Assembly: GCA_014728035.1 (NCBI GenBank)
Contig: WJMJ01000078.1
Location: 145,036-209,035 of the forward strand
Length of the DNA: 64,000 bases
Source: Promethearchaeota archaeon
GTDB taxonomy: Archaea; Asgardarchaeota; Thorarchaeia; Thorarchaeales; Thorarchaeaceae
Direction: 5' to 3'
The position numbers were made by a program, and so were the translations under genes. Within the stretch, counting starts at the first letter, position 1; each line of letters starts with the position of its first letter. Below are positions 1 to 9,525 of the stretch, piece after piece. The notes under the pieces are model-generated. The model had not been told where the DNA came from and made no database searches. It was given only the letters and a program-made list of their open reading frames with translations.

Positions 1-1136
1 AGCTATTTCGTTCAGTAACGTTGCCTCTTGCAGTCCCTGGAATACAAGCGGGTGCAATTCTTACATTTATTCTAAGCATTGAAGATTTAGGGACACCCAT
101 TGTTTTCGCCGAACAAAACCAAGTTCGCAATTTGCTCGCCTTTCAAGTATTTGACAATATTACTGCAGAAAGTGGAACAATCAGTCCTATTGGTCCTGCA
201 ATAGGTGTTATGCTTCTAGTTCTTTCAATGGCTGGATTCTTGGCAATACGAAAGTATGCCTCTTTGAGAAGCTATACAGCAGGAAGCAAGGGAGGACAAT
301 GGAACCCCAGAACCAGAACCATTAGTCCACAAGCAACAATTCTTCTTTATATTATTGTCATTCCTTTACTATTCTTTGCCCTCATTCCACAGATCAGTGT
401 CATTTGGCTTTCACTAGCTCAATATCGGGGTGAACTCTTTCCACCCATGAGTCTTAATCACTACATGGTACTCGGTGATGTAGATATCCAAGGTGCAATT
501 ACACGAACTTTGGGTTACGCAGGTATTGCTACGCTATTCTGTGTTATCCTAGGAGTGTTTGCAGCTTATATAATATCGCGAAAAGATATCCCTGGAAAAA
601 CTGCTCTAGACATGTTAGTAACATCACCCATTGCTTTACCAGGAATAGTTATAGCTGCTGGATATTTCAATCTCTATTATACAACTCCTATATTTCCAGC
701 CGACTGGCCGATGTTTCTCATAATCATGTCATTTACCGTTAGGAAATTTCCATTTACCGTAAGGGCTGCGTTTGCAGGACTTCAACAGACCCCAGTAGCT
801 TTGGAGGAGGCGTCTTTGAACATGGGGGCAAGTAAAAATGCAACCTTTGCTCGGATAGTCGTACCACTAATTGGGGTGAGTGTGCTAGCAGGTGGACTGC
901 TTTCGTTCATCTATTCGGTTAGTGAGGTTAGTACAGCATTAATACTGGGTGGTGCAAATTACGGTCAAGCACCGTTTACATATTGGATTAAGGAAGTCTA
1001 TGAGGGTTTGCCTCCAGATTATGGAGCAGGTCCTGCAGCCGCTCTGGGAGTTATAATGATGCTTATGCAAATGGCTGTGATAACTATAACAAATGCAATA
1101 CTGAAGACACGGGCTTCAGCGATGACAGGAATCTAG
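1..1136 (+). CDS. ABC transporter permease (FbpB/ThiP-type, two repeats), 5'-partial
   Basis: Frame is open to the window edge; many TM helices; EAA loop LEEASLNMGAS; followed by an ABC ATPase. Confidence 0.88.
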   Translation, partial: LFRSVTLPLAVPGIQAGAILTFILSIEDLGTPIVFAEQNQVRNLLAFQVFDNITAESGTISPIGPAIGVMLLVLSMAGFLAIRKYASLRSYTAGSKGGQWNPRTRTISPQATILLYIIVIPLLFFALIPQISVIWLSLAQYRGELFPPMSLNHYMVLGDVDIQGAITRTLGYAGIATLFCVILGVFAAYIISRKDIPGKTALDMLVTSPIALPGIVIAAGYFNLYYTTPIFPADWPMFLIIMSFTVRKFPFTVRAAFAGLQQTPVALEEASLNMGASKNATFARIVVPLIGVSVLAGGLLSFIYSVSEVSTALILGGANYGQAPFTYWIKEVYEGLPPDYGAGPAAALGVIMMLMQMAVITITNAILKTRASAMTGI

Positions 1137-1148
1137 GAAGTGAAAAAC

Positions 1149-2285
1149 ATGGTAACAATACACATAGAAAAGGTCCGTAAAACATTTGGTGAAGTCGTTG
1201 CTACAGATGACGTGAACATGGACCTTCAAGATGGAAAACTATCCACTCTTCTCGGCCCTTCAGGATGCGGGAAGACTACACTATTACGACTCATTGCTGG
1301 TTTTTATGAACCGGATTATGGGCGCATTTACTTTGACGACCTTGATGTAACAGATATTCCACCAAATAAGCGGAATACAGGAATGTGTTTCCAGAACTAT
1401 GCTCTTTGGCCTCATATGACTGTGTTTGATAACATTGCATATGGACTAAAAATGAAACGTGTTGATGGAATGAAATACACTCAGGCTGCAATTAAACGAA
1501 GAGTCAAGGATGCATTGGAGCTGGTAAGAATGCAGGGACTTGGCGATCGAACACCTCATCAGCTAAGTGGAGGTCAACAGCAAAGAGTTGCTCTTGCTAG
1601 AGCTCTTGTAATCGAACCAGATGTATTATTGCTTGATGAGCCACTATCAAATCTGGACGCGAAACTGAGAAATGAAATGAGAGAAGAAATACTCAGAATT
1701 CAAGGTGAATTAGGAATAACTACAGTATACGTTACACACGATCAAGTCGAGGCCTTGAGTATTTCAGATATGGTTGCAGTAATGGAAAAAGGATATATCC
1801 AACAATATGGGCCACCTAGAGAGATTTATGCTAAGCCACAGACACTTTTCGTAGCCGATTTCATTGGAAAATGTACTTTCTTCGACGGAATAATTCATTC
1901 AATTGGCCAAGACTACCTCACCGTTGAATTAACTGACGGGCAGAAAGTTAGCGGTAGAACGCCCATTGAAGGATACCCATTTGAAGAAGGCGAATCTGTA
2001 CGATGTGCTGTACGTCCTGAGGATTTGTTCTTAGAATCAACAGATCCAAAAAACAACGAAATCTCTGGAGATGTCTTCCAAGTTGTTTACATTGGTAGTA
2101 ATGTTGAAGTATTCTTCCATGTTGGAGAAACCTCTGCAGTAGCCTTGTTATCACCAGATGTGAAAGTAAGTGAGGGAGAAAAAATTGAACTCTATGCACC
2201 TCGTTCTGATGTGATGATTCTCCCATTGGGTGGTGTTGACGCTCTACGAAAAATACCTGGGCATCCGTTGTATTCACAAGATTAG
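1149..2285 (+). CDS. ABC transporter ATP-binding subunit (PotA/FbpC family, TOBE domain)
   Basis: Walker A GPSGCGKT, signature LSGGQQQR, Walker B LLLDEP, YVTHD; ATG at 1149 (GTG at 1140 is an alternative). Confidence 0.93.
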   Translation: MVTIHIEKVRKTFGEVVATDDVNMDLQDGKLSTLLGPSGCGKTTLLRLIAGFYEPDYGRIYFDDLDVTDIPPNKRNTGMCFQNYALWPHMTVFDNIAYGLKMKRVDGMKYTQAAIKRRVKDALELVRMQGLGDRTPHQLSGGQQQRVALARALVIEPDVLLLDEPLSNLDAKLRNEMREEILRIQGELGITTVYVTHDQVEALSISDMVAVMEKGYIQQYGPPREIYAKPQTLFVADFIGKCTFFDGIIHSIGQDYLTVELTDGQKVSGRTPIEGYPFEEGESVRCAVRPEDLFLESTDPKNNEISGDVFQVVYIGSNVEVFFHVGETSAVALLSPDVKVSEGEKIELYAPRSDVMILPLGGVDALRKIPGHPLYSQD

Positions 2286-4312
2286 TCTTTTGAATGTCTG
2301 GTTGTGACTGCAACTCCACGATTCATAGCCAGCATTTCAGGACCACTTAGCAATGCCCTCCCAGTTCCGAGAAGTCTCTTTGCACTGTCCGCTATGAGAA
2401 CCTCTTCACCTGGGCGTAGATTGGGACTTGCAAATCGTACGAACTTGGCAAGTGCAGATTTTCCTTTGATGATATATTCTGAAACCTCATCATCAATTGT
2501 CACCAGATAATCATCAGAAATGCCGATATCTTGTAGAACCAATCCACCTGCATAGGTAGGTGCTAAAGTTCCAGTTGTTGGAACAATAGTGAATAGAATA
2601 TCATCTTCATTCTTCACATGACGCATCTTCCCTGTGCCTTTTGAAATAGAGATTTCCCATTTTTTAATGACATCAAAATTAACACGAAGATTCCATTGAT
2701 GCGCCATTATTGCACGAAGTTTTCTTAACATCCAATGCTTTTCTGTCGTTGCTTGAATGTCTAACTCTTCAATAACTTCGGAAACAGTTTGTGTGTGAAC
2801 AATAGCAGATTGCGTATTGATTAATTCATGTACCTTGTTCATTGGATCATTCCGGGATAGCCAAATAATCTTCTCAGCAGATATTAAATCCAAGACTTCC
2901 TGAAGTTTTTGCCCCACAGAGATAATCGACTCAGTATCTAAATACTCTGGATAGATACACTGTTGTGCGGGATAGACATGCTCCAACTCCCAGGGAATAA
3001 CACCCATGGGCGTTACAAACAAGATGAGCATTTCCTCTGCTTCTGTTTTTCTGACTTCTTGTATTGGAAGAGGTGCAGTTTCATAAAAGGGCCTTCCACC
3101 TATATCAGGAAACAACAACATTTGTCTGGTATGTGAATAGGGATATCGATTCTTGACTCTTGAATGGAAACGATAAGCTACTGGATGTCTTGCGTTCTCG
3201 ATTCCAGTATAAAGTATTGAGGTGCTATTCGCTACAGGATATTCCTTCTCAATTTGTTCTACATAGTGAAGCATAGTCTGTAATGCATTGAATAGATTTG
3301 GATGACTTCTTGCCCTAGCTGCAACAAGCTCAAAGAGTTTACCATCTACAATAGCTTGTCGTACCCGTTTCATTTCACCGATAGTAACATACAGGTTATG
3401 ACGCATCAAATGGAGTACGCGTTCATCTCTTTTCATCTGATTCATATCATCAGCTGTGAATGAATTACAAACTACACACTCACAAGGCAATTCTCGCAGA
3501 TTACCAAGATGTAAGGTACCAGTAGGAGTTACATAACGATCCGATTCGGCAAATTTGGCGTATAAAGCAGAATCAAAGAAATCACATCCAAGAAAAGCAG
3601 CTTGTGCAAGCAGCATTGGATGGCCACAACCGAAGAGATGAACTGGTCTATTGAATGGAAGATGTCTTTTTGATGCTAAGGTAATACGAACAATGTCCGA
3701 ATATCGATAGCTCTCCATAAGAGGGACTACACCTCCAATAGGATGAACATCGAAATCCATAGTAGCCATCATTTTGGCAGAATGTTCTCGTAAATCAGGA
3801 AAGATACCACCTTGTATAGTACCTGCAAGAAGCATATCCTCTTTTCTGCCTACAGAAATCTTTGCGCGTTCTAATGATTTTTTCACGTCATGTTCTACCT
3901 GTTGTCTTCCAACATTTGGTTCTGAAAAGGCGTCAAGTATAGTTCCAATATCTGAACCAATTGATTTTTGGAAGTCAACAATTTCCAGTGGGTCAATCTC
4001 TTCCTCAGGAAGATTGTGAAAATACATTTGAAACGTCCCAGAATCAGTCATAATAGGGCCGTCAAAATTAATGAGTCCATGAACACCCTCAGAGAGTGCT
4101 TTCTCTCGGAACTTGTCCTTAGATTTGATGATGTAAGAATTTGTTATCACCATTTGAAAGCCGAATTCCTCTCTCAATTGGGCAGGTGTAATAGATGATT
4201 TGGCTGGATGAATAACTGGCATAAGCAGAGGAGTATGTACCTTGCCATGTTTTGTTGTATAGATGCCCAACCGTGCCATTCCATCTTTTGCACGAATTTC
4301 GAATAGACTCAT
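2282..4312 (-). CDS. tgtA: Archaeosine tRNA-guanine(15) transglycosylase with C-terminal PUA domain
   Basis: DSGTFQ, IGGVVPLME, HLFGCGHP, DFFDSA, Zn site CECVVC...HNL, PUA-like C-terminus; start set at MSLFEI. Confidence 0.93.
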   Translation of the reverse strand: MSLFEIRAKDGMARLGIYTTKHGKVHTPLLMPVIHPAKSSITPAQLREEFGFQMVITNSYIIKSKDKFREKALSEGVHGLINFDGPIMTDSGTFQMYFHNLPEEEIDPLEIVDFQKSIGSDIGTILDAFSEPNVGRQQVEHDVKKSLERAKISVGRKEDMLLAGTIQGGIFPDLREHSAKMMATMDFDVHPIGGVVPLMESYRYSDIVRITLASKRHLPFNRPVHLFGCGHPMLLAQAAFLGCDFFDSALYAKFAESDRYVTPTGTLHLGNLRELPCECVVCNSFTADDMNQMKRDERVLHLMRHNLYVTIGEMKRVRQAIVDGKLFELVAARARSHPNLFNALQTMLHYVEQIEKEYPVANSTSILYTGIENARHPVAYRFHSRVKNRYPYSHTRQMLLFPDIGGRPFYETAPLPIQEVRKTEAEEMLILFVTPMGVIPWELEHVYPAQQCIYPEYLDTESIISVGQKLQEVLDLISAEKIIWLSRNDPMNKVHELINTQSAIVHTQTVSEVIEELDIQATTEKHWMLRKLRAIMAHQWNLRVNFDVIKKWEISISKGTGKMRHVKNEDDILFTIVPTTGTLAPTYAGGLVLQDIGISDDYLVTIDDEVSEYIIKGKSALAKFVRFASPNLRPGEEVLIADSAKRLLGTGRALLSGPEMLAMNRGVAVTTRHSKD

Positions 4313-4411
4313 CGCTAATCCCATCGAATTGTTCAGGCAAGCCTCAAAGAACCTTTTGCTATAGTCTATGTTCAATCCAAACTGTTTAAGAAAGAAGATT
4401 TTGACTCAATA

Positions 4412-5698
4412 TTGATGTATAATCCAACTGCACTACTAGTCCAACGTCGAAAATATGACGAACCAGATTTACTTGATGAATTCGAGGCTATTGCTAAAAC
4501 AGCAGGTTATTCTGTGATAGGTGCTTTCGATGTGGTATCTCCACCATCCGCAAGATTTGGTATCGGTAGTGGTAAGGTAGAAGAGATTGCCACGTGGATT
4601 GAAATAAACCAACCAGAATTTGTTCTTTTTACACCAATGCTTTCTTCAAGTCAAATATACCGCTTGATGGAAGCTTGGGATACAGAGGTTAGAGACCGCA
4701 ATCAAATAATTTTAGAAATATTTGACCGTCATGCTCAGACTCAGCAAGCTAAATTACAGATAGAACAAGCTCGACTAAGTTATGAACTGCCATTTGAACG
4801 CCATCAAATTCGCAAGAGATTACAGAAAGAACACACTGGAGATCGACCAGTTGCAGAACAAATCGGAGCTGGTGAAGATCTACTGAATATGCGAATAAAA
4901 GAGATTAGAAGGCGAATTGCAAAGATTCAGAAAAAATTAGAAAAAATCGCACAAGTTCAAGAGATCAAAAAACAAAAACGAGTGAATAAGGGATTTCTTG
5001 AGATTACCTTAGCTGGTTATACTAATGCTGGAAAGAGTACACTGCATAAAGCATTGACTGGTTCTACAGTAGAGATTGCCGATAAACTATTTACTACACT
5101 ATCAACAAAGACAGCTGAAATTGATATCCCAGGTAGACAGGTGGTGCTTTCAGATTCAGTTGGGTTCATCAGCAATCTTCCATCATCACTCCTAGATGCA
5201 TTTCATACAACATTGATGGAGATAGGAGATGCTGATGTTATTGTACTAGTTCTTGATGCATCCGATTCAGTACAAGAAATGATTAGAAAGGCTAATGCCT
5301 CTCGAGACACCTTCAAAGAGATTGGCATCAATGGTATTCCACTGATTGTAGCTCTCAATAAGATTGACTTGATTGACAAAGAGGATATCGCTAATAAAAT
5401 AGATATTCTCTCTCCAGAATATAGTCAAATCATACCAATTTCAGCAAAAGAGGAGATTGATCTTGATGTGCTTGTGCAGGCAATTGAAGCGGAACTACCT
5501 CCACTTTCTTTGTACGAGATCAAACTAGATTATGGGGATGATAGTATGTCTCTTATCTCTTGGTTACATGAAGTAGGTGATGTTGAAATCGAAGAATACC
5601 AAACTGGAACAATACATGTTGAAGCTTATCTTCCCATTGATATTGCTCGAAAATTAGCCAAGACTCTTCCTCAGGGAACTTTCTCGCTACTAGAGTAG
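4412..5698 (+). CDS. hflX: GTPase HflX
   Basis: GSGKVEE, ILEIF...AKLQIE, G1 GYTNAGKS, LFTTL, G3 DSVGF, G4 NKID. Confidence 0.95.
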   Translation: MMYNPTALLVQRRKYDEPDLLDEFEAIAKTAGYSVIGAFDVVSPPSARFGIGSGKVEEIATWIEINQPEFVLFTPMLSSSQIYRLMEAWDTEVRDRNQIILEIFDRHAQTQQAKLQIEQARLSYELPFERHQIRKRLQKEHTGDRPVAEQIGAGEDLLNMRIKEIRRRIAKIQKKLEKIAQVQEIKKQKRVNKGFLEITLAGYTNAGKSTLHKALTGSTVEIADKLFTTLSTKTAEIDIPGRQVVLSDSVGFISNLPSSLLDAFHTTLMEIGDADVIVLVLDASDSVQEMIRKANASRDTFKEIGINGIPLIVALNKIDLIDKEDIANKIDILSPEYSQIIPISAKEEIDLDVLVQAIEAELPPLSLYEIKLDYGDDSMSLISWLHEVGDVEIEEYQTGTIHVEAYLPIDIARKLAKTLPQGTFSLLE

Positions 5699-5756
5699 GA
5701 TGTAATCGTCACTTGATAAAACCTATTACCTGTCTTTCACAACTTAGCCTGATTTT

Positions 5757-6425
5757 GTGGTGTGTCTAATGATAGTTATGGAACTCAAATCCAAAGAAGA
5801 GATTCTAAAGATGCTAGTAGACCATCAGAAAGTTGTGCTTTTTGGAGATACTGGTTGTGCTCAAATGTGCGATGTTGGGGGTTGGTTACAGCTAGAGGAC
5901 ATGGAAGATTTTCTTAAAGAACATGGAAAGGAAATTCTCGCCAAAATCCTTGTCGAAGGTGGAATATGTGACCATAGAGCACTAAAGGAAGAAATTGAGA
6001 GCTATCAGGAAGTAATTAATCAGGCGGATGCAATTTTAGTGCAAGCTTGTGGTGTTGCTACCCAGACACTCACTGCATTACTTCCATCACTTCAGTCATT
6101 TCCAGCTGCAGACTCCAAATTTCTTGGAGATATGCCAAAAAGATTTCATCATAATGAGAAATGTTCCCTCTGCGGAGATTGCATCCTACATCTTACAGGA
6201 GGAATATGTCCATTGACACGCTGTTCAAAGGGTATTATGAATGGACCATGTGGTGGTTCAATGGATGGGAAATGTGAACGAGATGCAGATACAGATTGTG
6301 CATGGCAGCTGATTTATGACCGTTTGAAGGAGCTAGACAAATTGGAAAATATCCAAAAGATCTGGAAATTACGAGATTGGAGTCTAGCAAAGGGGCCCCA
6401 TGTACTCCAACATGAACAAGATTAG
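5757..6425 (+). CDS. Methylenetetrahydrofolate reductase small subunit-like protein (MetV / MTHFR_C domain)
   Basis: CSLCGDC...GGICP..RCSKG..NGPCGG...GKCE...DCAW cysteine pattern. Confidence 0.85.
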   Translation: MVCLMIVMELKSKEEILKMLVDHQKVVLFGDTGCAQMCDVGGWLQLEDMEDFLKEHGKEILAKILVEGGICDHRALKEEIESYQEVINQADAILVQACGVATQTLTALLPSLQSFPAADSKFLGDMPKRFHHNEKCSLCGDCILHLTGGICPLTRCSKGIMNGPCGGSMDGKCERDADTDCAWQLIYDRLKELDKLENIQKIWKLRDWSLAKGPHVLQHEQD

Positions 6426-6530
6426 AATTGGACTGGTCTCAGAATCAATACTGAAGGTAATATTCTGAGAAGGTAATATCCTATACTGACTCTGTAAAAT
6501 AGAATTTGCATCAAAAAGTAAAAAGAGAGG

Positions 6531-6549
6531 ATAGGGCACAAGGCCCTAT
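6531..6549 (-). terminator. Hairpin plus T-rich tail after the MFS gene
   Basis: ATAGGGC-acaag-GCCCTAT perfect 7-bp stem; on the minus strand followed by CTCTTTTTACTTTTT. Confidence 0.55.
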
Positions 6550-6553
6550 TCAG

Positions 6554-8065
6554 TTAGACAATTTCTCCAGGAACAATATCATCCTCAAGATAGACTTTTG
6601 CTTCACCTTTCACTGGTTGTCGAACTTTCATAAGTAACAATACAGCTACAACAAAGAACAGAAGCACCGCGAGAATCGCAGTGAGATGTGCATCCACAAC
6701 TAAAGAGGGAAGCTGCAGAGGATTAACAAGAAGCAATACACTAGCATAGACAAATGGGCCAAGGATAGCTGCAAATTTGCCAGTCAGAGCGTAGAAGCCA
6801 AACATCTCTGTTTTCTTTTCTTCTGGAATGAATTGACCATACATACTTCGAGCTGTGCTTTGTGATGAGCCCATCCCAACTCCAGCGATAAGACCCACAA
6901 TCCACCATACAATTTGACCGAAGGGTGTGAGGAAGTATGCTATTAGAAGTGCACCAATCCATATGAAGAGTGTACTGATCAATGTATTCTTTGTACCAAT
7001 CCTATCTGCTATCCAGCCAAAGATAAAAGCGCCAGGAATTGCTGCAAGTTGTGTTACTGCAAAGAAGATGAGAATCATAGTGGTACTAAAGCCATAAACA
7101 ACCTGTCCGAAGATGGCCGCATAATATATCACAGTGGTGATGGCATCACTGAATAAGAAGTATGCAACTAAATACAGAGGTAGACCTTCATAGTTTCGAA
7201 TTTGTTTAATAGTGTTCTTTACACGACGGAATCCCACAGTAATGAGACTTACATTCTCTTCGCCAGGCAATTTTTTCGCAGGACGGTTTTTCAACATGAT
7301 GAAGCTTGGTATTGAGAAAACAAGGAAGAATATTGCGCTCAAGAAGAATGCAAGAGTGTAAGGCAAGTTCATTGCAAATACAACAAGTGCAATGACAATA
7401 GTTGCCATTGCCCCTACATATCCAGCAGCAAATCCATATCCTCCAATTCTGCCGATATTATCTTCTGTGGAAATCTCTGGTAACCATGCATTGTAAAATG
7501 GGAGTGCGCCCTGAAATCCAACGTTTGCAATGATGAAGATGATCCAAGCCCATAGCCATAAATCAACACCGAGAAATGGTAGGAATGAAAAAGGACCTTC
7601 TTCAGAAGGCAAAATATCCGGAAGGAACAACATTGATGCTGTGAAAGCGACGCACACCGCAGTATAGAATGCCATAAATTTCTTTTTCGAACCACCAAAG
7701 TCAGCAATTGCACCAAGAATTGGGGAACTTAGTGCAATAATTATCATTGTGATGCTACCTGCATATCCCCACATCGCATCACCGAGGGTTTCATTTCCAA
7801 CCAGCAATCGGAAATACAAGGGGAAAAGAGCAGTGACTATGAGGACTGTAAAGCTAGTATTAGCCAAGTCATAGAGGTACCATCCTATCTGCTCCTTTTT
7901 ATCGGTAGGAACCTTTTGTGTTTCAGTTTCAGACAAATCAATATCCTCCATTATTAGAAGAACTATATCTTGGAGCTGCATACTGATATATATCAATGGT
8001 GAAAATGTTTCATTTGCAAAAAAGGCATGGGCTAGTTTTTCTTTGTCCACATATAGAATATGCAA
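6554..8065 (-). CDS. MFS transporter, UMF1/Atg22-like family (true start probably ~7951, MEDIDL)
   Basis: WYLYDLANT, SPILGAIAD, YNAWLPEI, GYVG, SQSTARS, MFGFYAL; about 12 TM helices. Confidence 0.88.
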   Translation of the reverse strand: MHILYVDKEKLAHAFFANETFSPLIYISMQLQDIVLLIMEDIDLSETETQKVPTDKKEQIGWYLYDLANTSFTVLIVTALFPLYFRLLVGNETLGDAMWGYAGSITMIIIALSSPILGAIADFGGSKKKFMAFYTAVCVAFTASMLFLPDILPSEEGPFSFLPFLGVDLWLWAWIIFIIANVGFQGALPFYNAWLPEISTEDNIGRIGGYGFAAGYVGAMATIVIALVVFAMNLPYTLAFFLSAIFFLVFSIPSFIMLKNRPAKKLPGEENVSLITVGFRRVKNTIKQIRNYEGLPLYLVAYFLFSDAITTVIYYAAIFGQVVYGFSTTMILIFFAVTQLAAIPGAFIFGWIADRIGTKNTLISTLFIWIGALLIAYFLTPFGQIVWWIVGLIAGVGMGSSQSTARSMYGQFIPEEKKTEMFGFYALTGKFAAILGPFVYASVLLLVNPLQLPSLVVDAHLTAILAVLLFFVVAVLLLMKVRQPVKGEAKVYLEDDIVPGEIV

Positions 8066-8119
8066 AGAGGAAAAGAATATACTTTCATGAGATGTATGAG
8101 TACAGAAGAATTAGAATAA

Positions 8120-8194
8120 TGGGGCCCGAGGCGGGAATCGAACCCGCAGCTAGAGATCCACAGTCTCCAAGGTTACCGCTACCCCACTCGGGCC
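8120..8194 (-). tRNA. tRNA-His(GUG), with G-1 and CCA encoded
   Basis: Reverse complement: G GCCCGAG TG GGGT AGCGGTA ACCT T GGAGA CT GTG GA TCTCT AGCT GCGGG TTCGATT CCCGC CTCGGGC C CCA; full cloverleaf, no intron. Confidence 0.96.
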
Positions 8195-8355
8195 ATAGAT
8201 TAATGAGTTAGGAAAGCAGCTATGAAAATTGTACTGCTTGGTGAAAGGAGTCGAGCAGTTTGGACTTATTAGATTATCTATGTAGAGAGGAAAAATCTAC
8301 TTGAAGAGAGTCCCTTATTTAGAAGTAAATATAACACAGGCAAGAGGAAAAAGAA

Positions 8356-8913
8356 GTGAAGAATCCATTTACTACAATCGATAAGTGGTCAACGTGGCGA
8401 AATTTGGTCCTGATGATTGTTATTAGTGCAGTAAGTGTAATAATGATGGGTTTTCTTACTCAGACATTGGTCTATGATGTCTATGGTGAAGCATCTATGC
8501 CAGATACACAATTCACCTATACGTACGATGAAATTCTTGAGGCTTTCAACATACTAGGAGCTCAAGGACTTCAAATCTGGTCACAAGTACATCTTCTGGA
8601 TACAATTTTCCCAATCGGATATTCTTTTGCTTTAGTATTTGGTCTGGGGTTAGGACTTCGTGCAACATATCCAGAGAAAGAAACACTTAGAGTATTGACA
8701 CTGTTTCCATTGATTGCAGCTTTATTTGATTATTTAGAAAACGCATTGATAGCATCGCAGATTGGAGTATATCCAAATCTATCTATAGAAGTCATTGCAA
8801 TATCTAGTGTAGTAACAAGCATAAAGTGGATCCTGCTCTATTCTACCTTTGCAGTTGTATTCATCTTGATGATTATTTGGATTATCCAGAAAATTGCGAT
8901 TCAACTGAAATAA
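8356..8913 (+). CDS. Hypothetical membrane protein (4 TM)
   Basis: PDTQFTY, LDTIFP..Y, FDYLEN pattern of an uncharacterised prokaryotic membrane family. Confidence 0.75.
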   Translation: MKNPFTTIDKWSTWRNLVLMIVISAVSVIMMGFLTQTLVYDVYGEASMPDTQFTYTYDEILEAFNILGAQGLQIWSQVHLLDTIFPIGYSFALVFGLGLGLRATYPEKETLRVLTLFPLIAALFDYLENALIASQIGVYPNLSIEVIAISSVVTSIKWILLYSTFAVVFILMIIWIIQKIAIQLK

Positions 8914-8951
8914 AAAACGATATCAGAATTTTTACATAAAGAAATGACAAG

Positions 8952-9440
8952 GTGTTACTCATGACATATAGAATACTGGAATTCAACATTGCAATAATTG
9001 GACCAAAAGGAGCTGGAAAGACAAAGCTGTTTCCAGAAATTAAAGATGAAATGCAAGCAGAGAAGATAGTTATCTTGTCGGAAGTCGAAGCGAATATTCA
9101 TCTTGTACTTCACAAAATTCACACACCACTTAATGAAGAAAAAATGAATTTTTCAAAATTCGATGGCATGATTGGAGTCTATGATGCAACATCAGCAGGA
9201 ACCTATAAGGAACTCAAACAAGCTCTACTTTCCATTAAGGAAGATATGGTGGAAAAACCGCTATTTGTTGTTGGTAATAAGTTGAATCCTGGAGAGCCAT
9301 GTGCAACTGAGAATACAGTGAATACTGATATTGGCTACAATAAGCTAATCTATTGTATGTCTGAATATGACACAAGAAAAGAGTTTGAAATTCGCCTCAG
9401 ATGGTTTGCAGCAGACTTGGCAAAACGAATGAAAGAATAG
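8952..9440 (+). CDS. Divergent Ras-superfamily small GTPase-like protein
   Basis: G1 IAIIGPKGAGKT, DGMIGVYDAT strand, G4-like VVGNKL; G3 not recognisable. Confidence 0.65.
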   Translation: MLLMTYRILEFNIAIIGPKGAGKTKLFPEIKDEMQAEKIVILSEVEANIHLVLHKIHTPLNEEKMNFSKFDGMIGVYDATSAGTYKELKQALLSIKEDMVEKPLFVVGNKLNPGEPCATENTVNTDIGYNKLIYCMSEYDTRKEFEIRLRWFAADLAKRMKE

Positions 9441-9525
9441 ATGAAATGCTACAATATGTTTCAATCCACAATGATTATACATACCTACTAAAAAACAACA
9501 GTACTCCCGAAAATGAGGGATAAGA

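Noticed and set aside
6554-8065. Atg22-like transporter as a eukaryotic signature protein
   Set aside because: UMF1-family MFS transporters are widespread in bacteria and archaea.
6426-8119. Element integrated at the tRNA-His 3' end
   Set aside because: No integrase and no duplicated tRNA 3' fragment seen; the neighbour is an ordinary MFS gene.
7996-8211. 71-aa ORF
   Set aside because: It is the antisense reading of tRNA-His.
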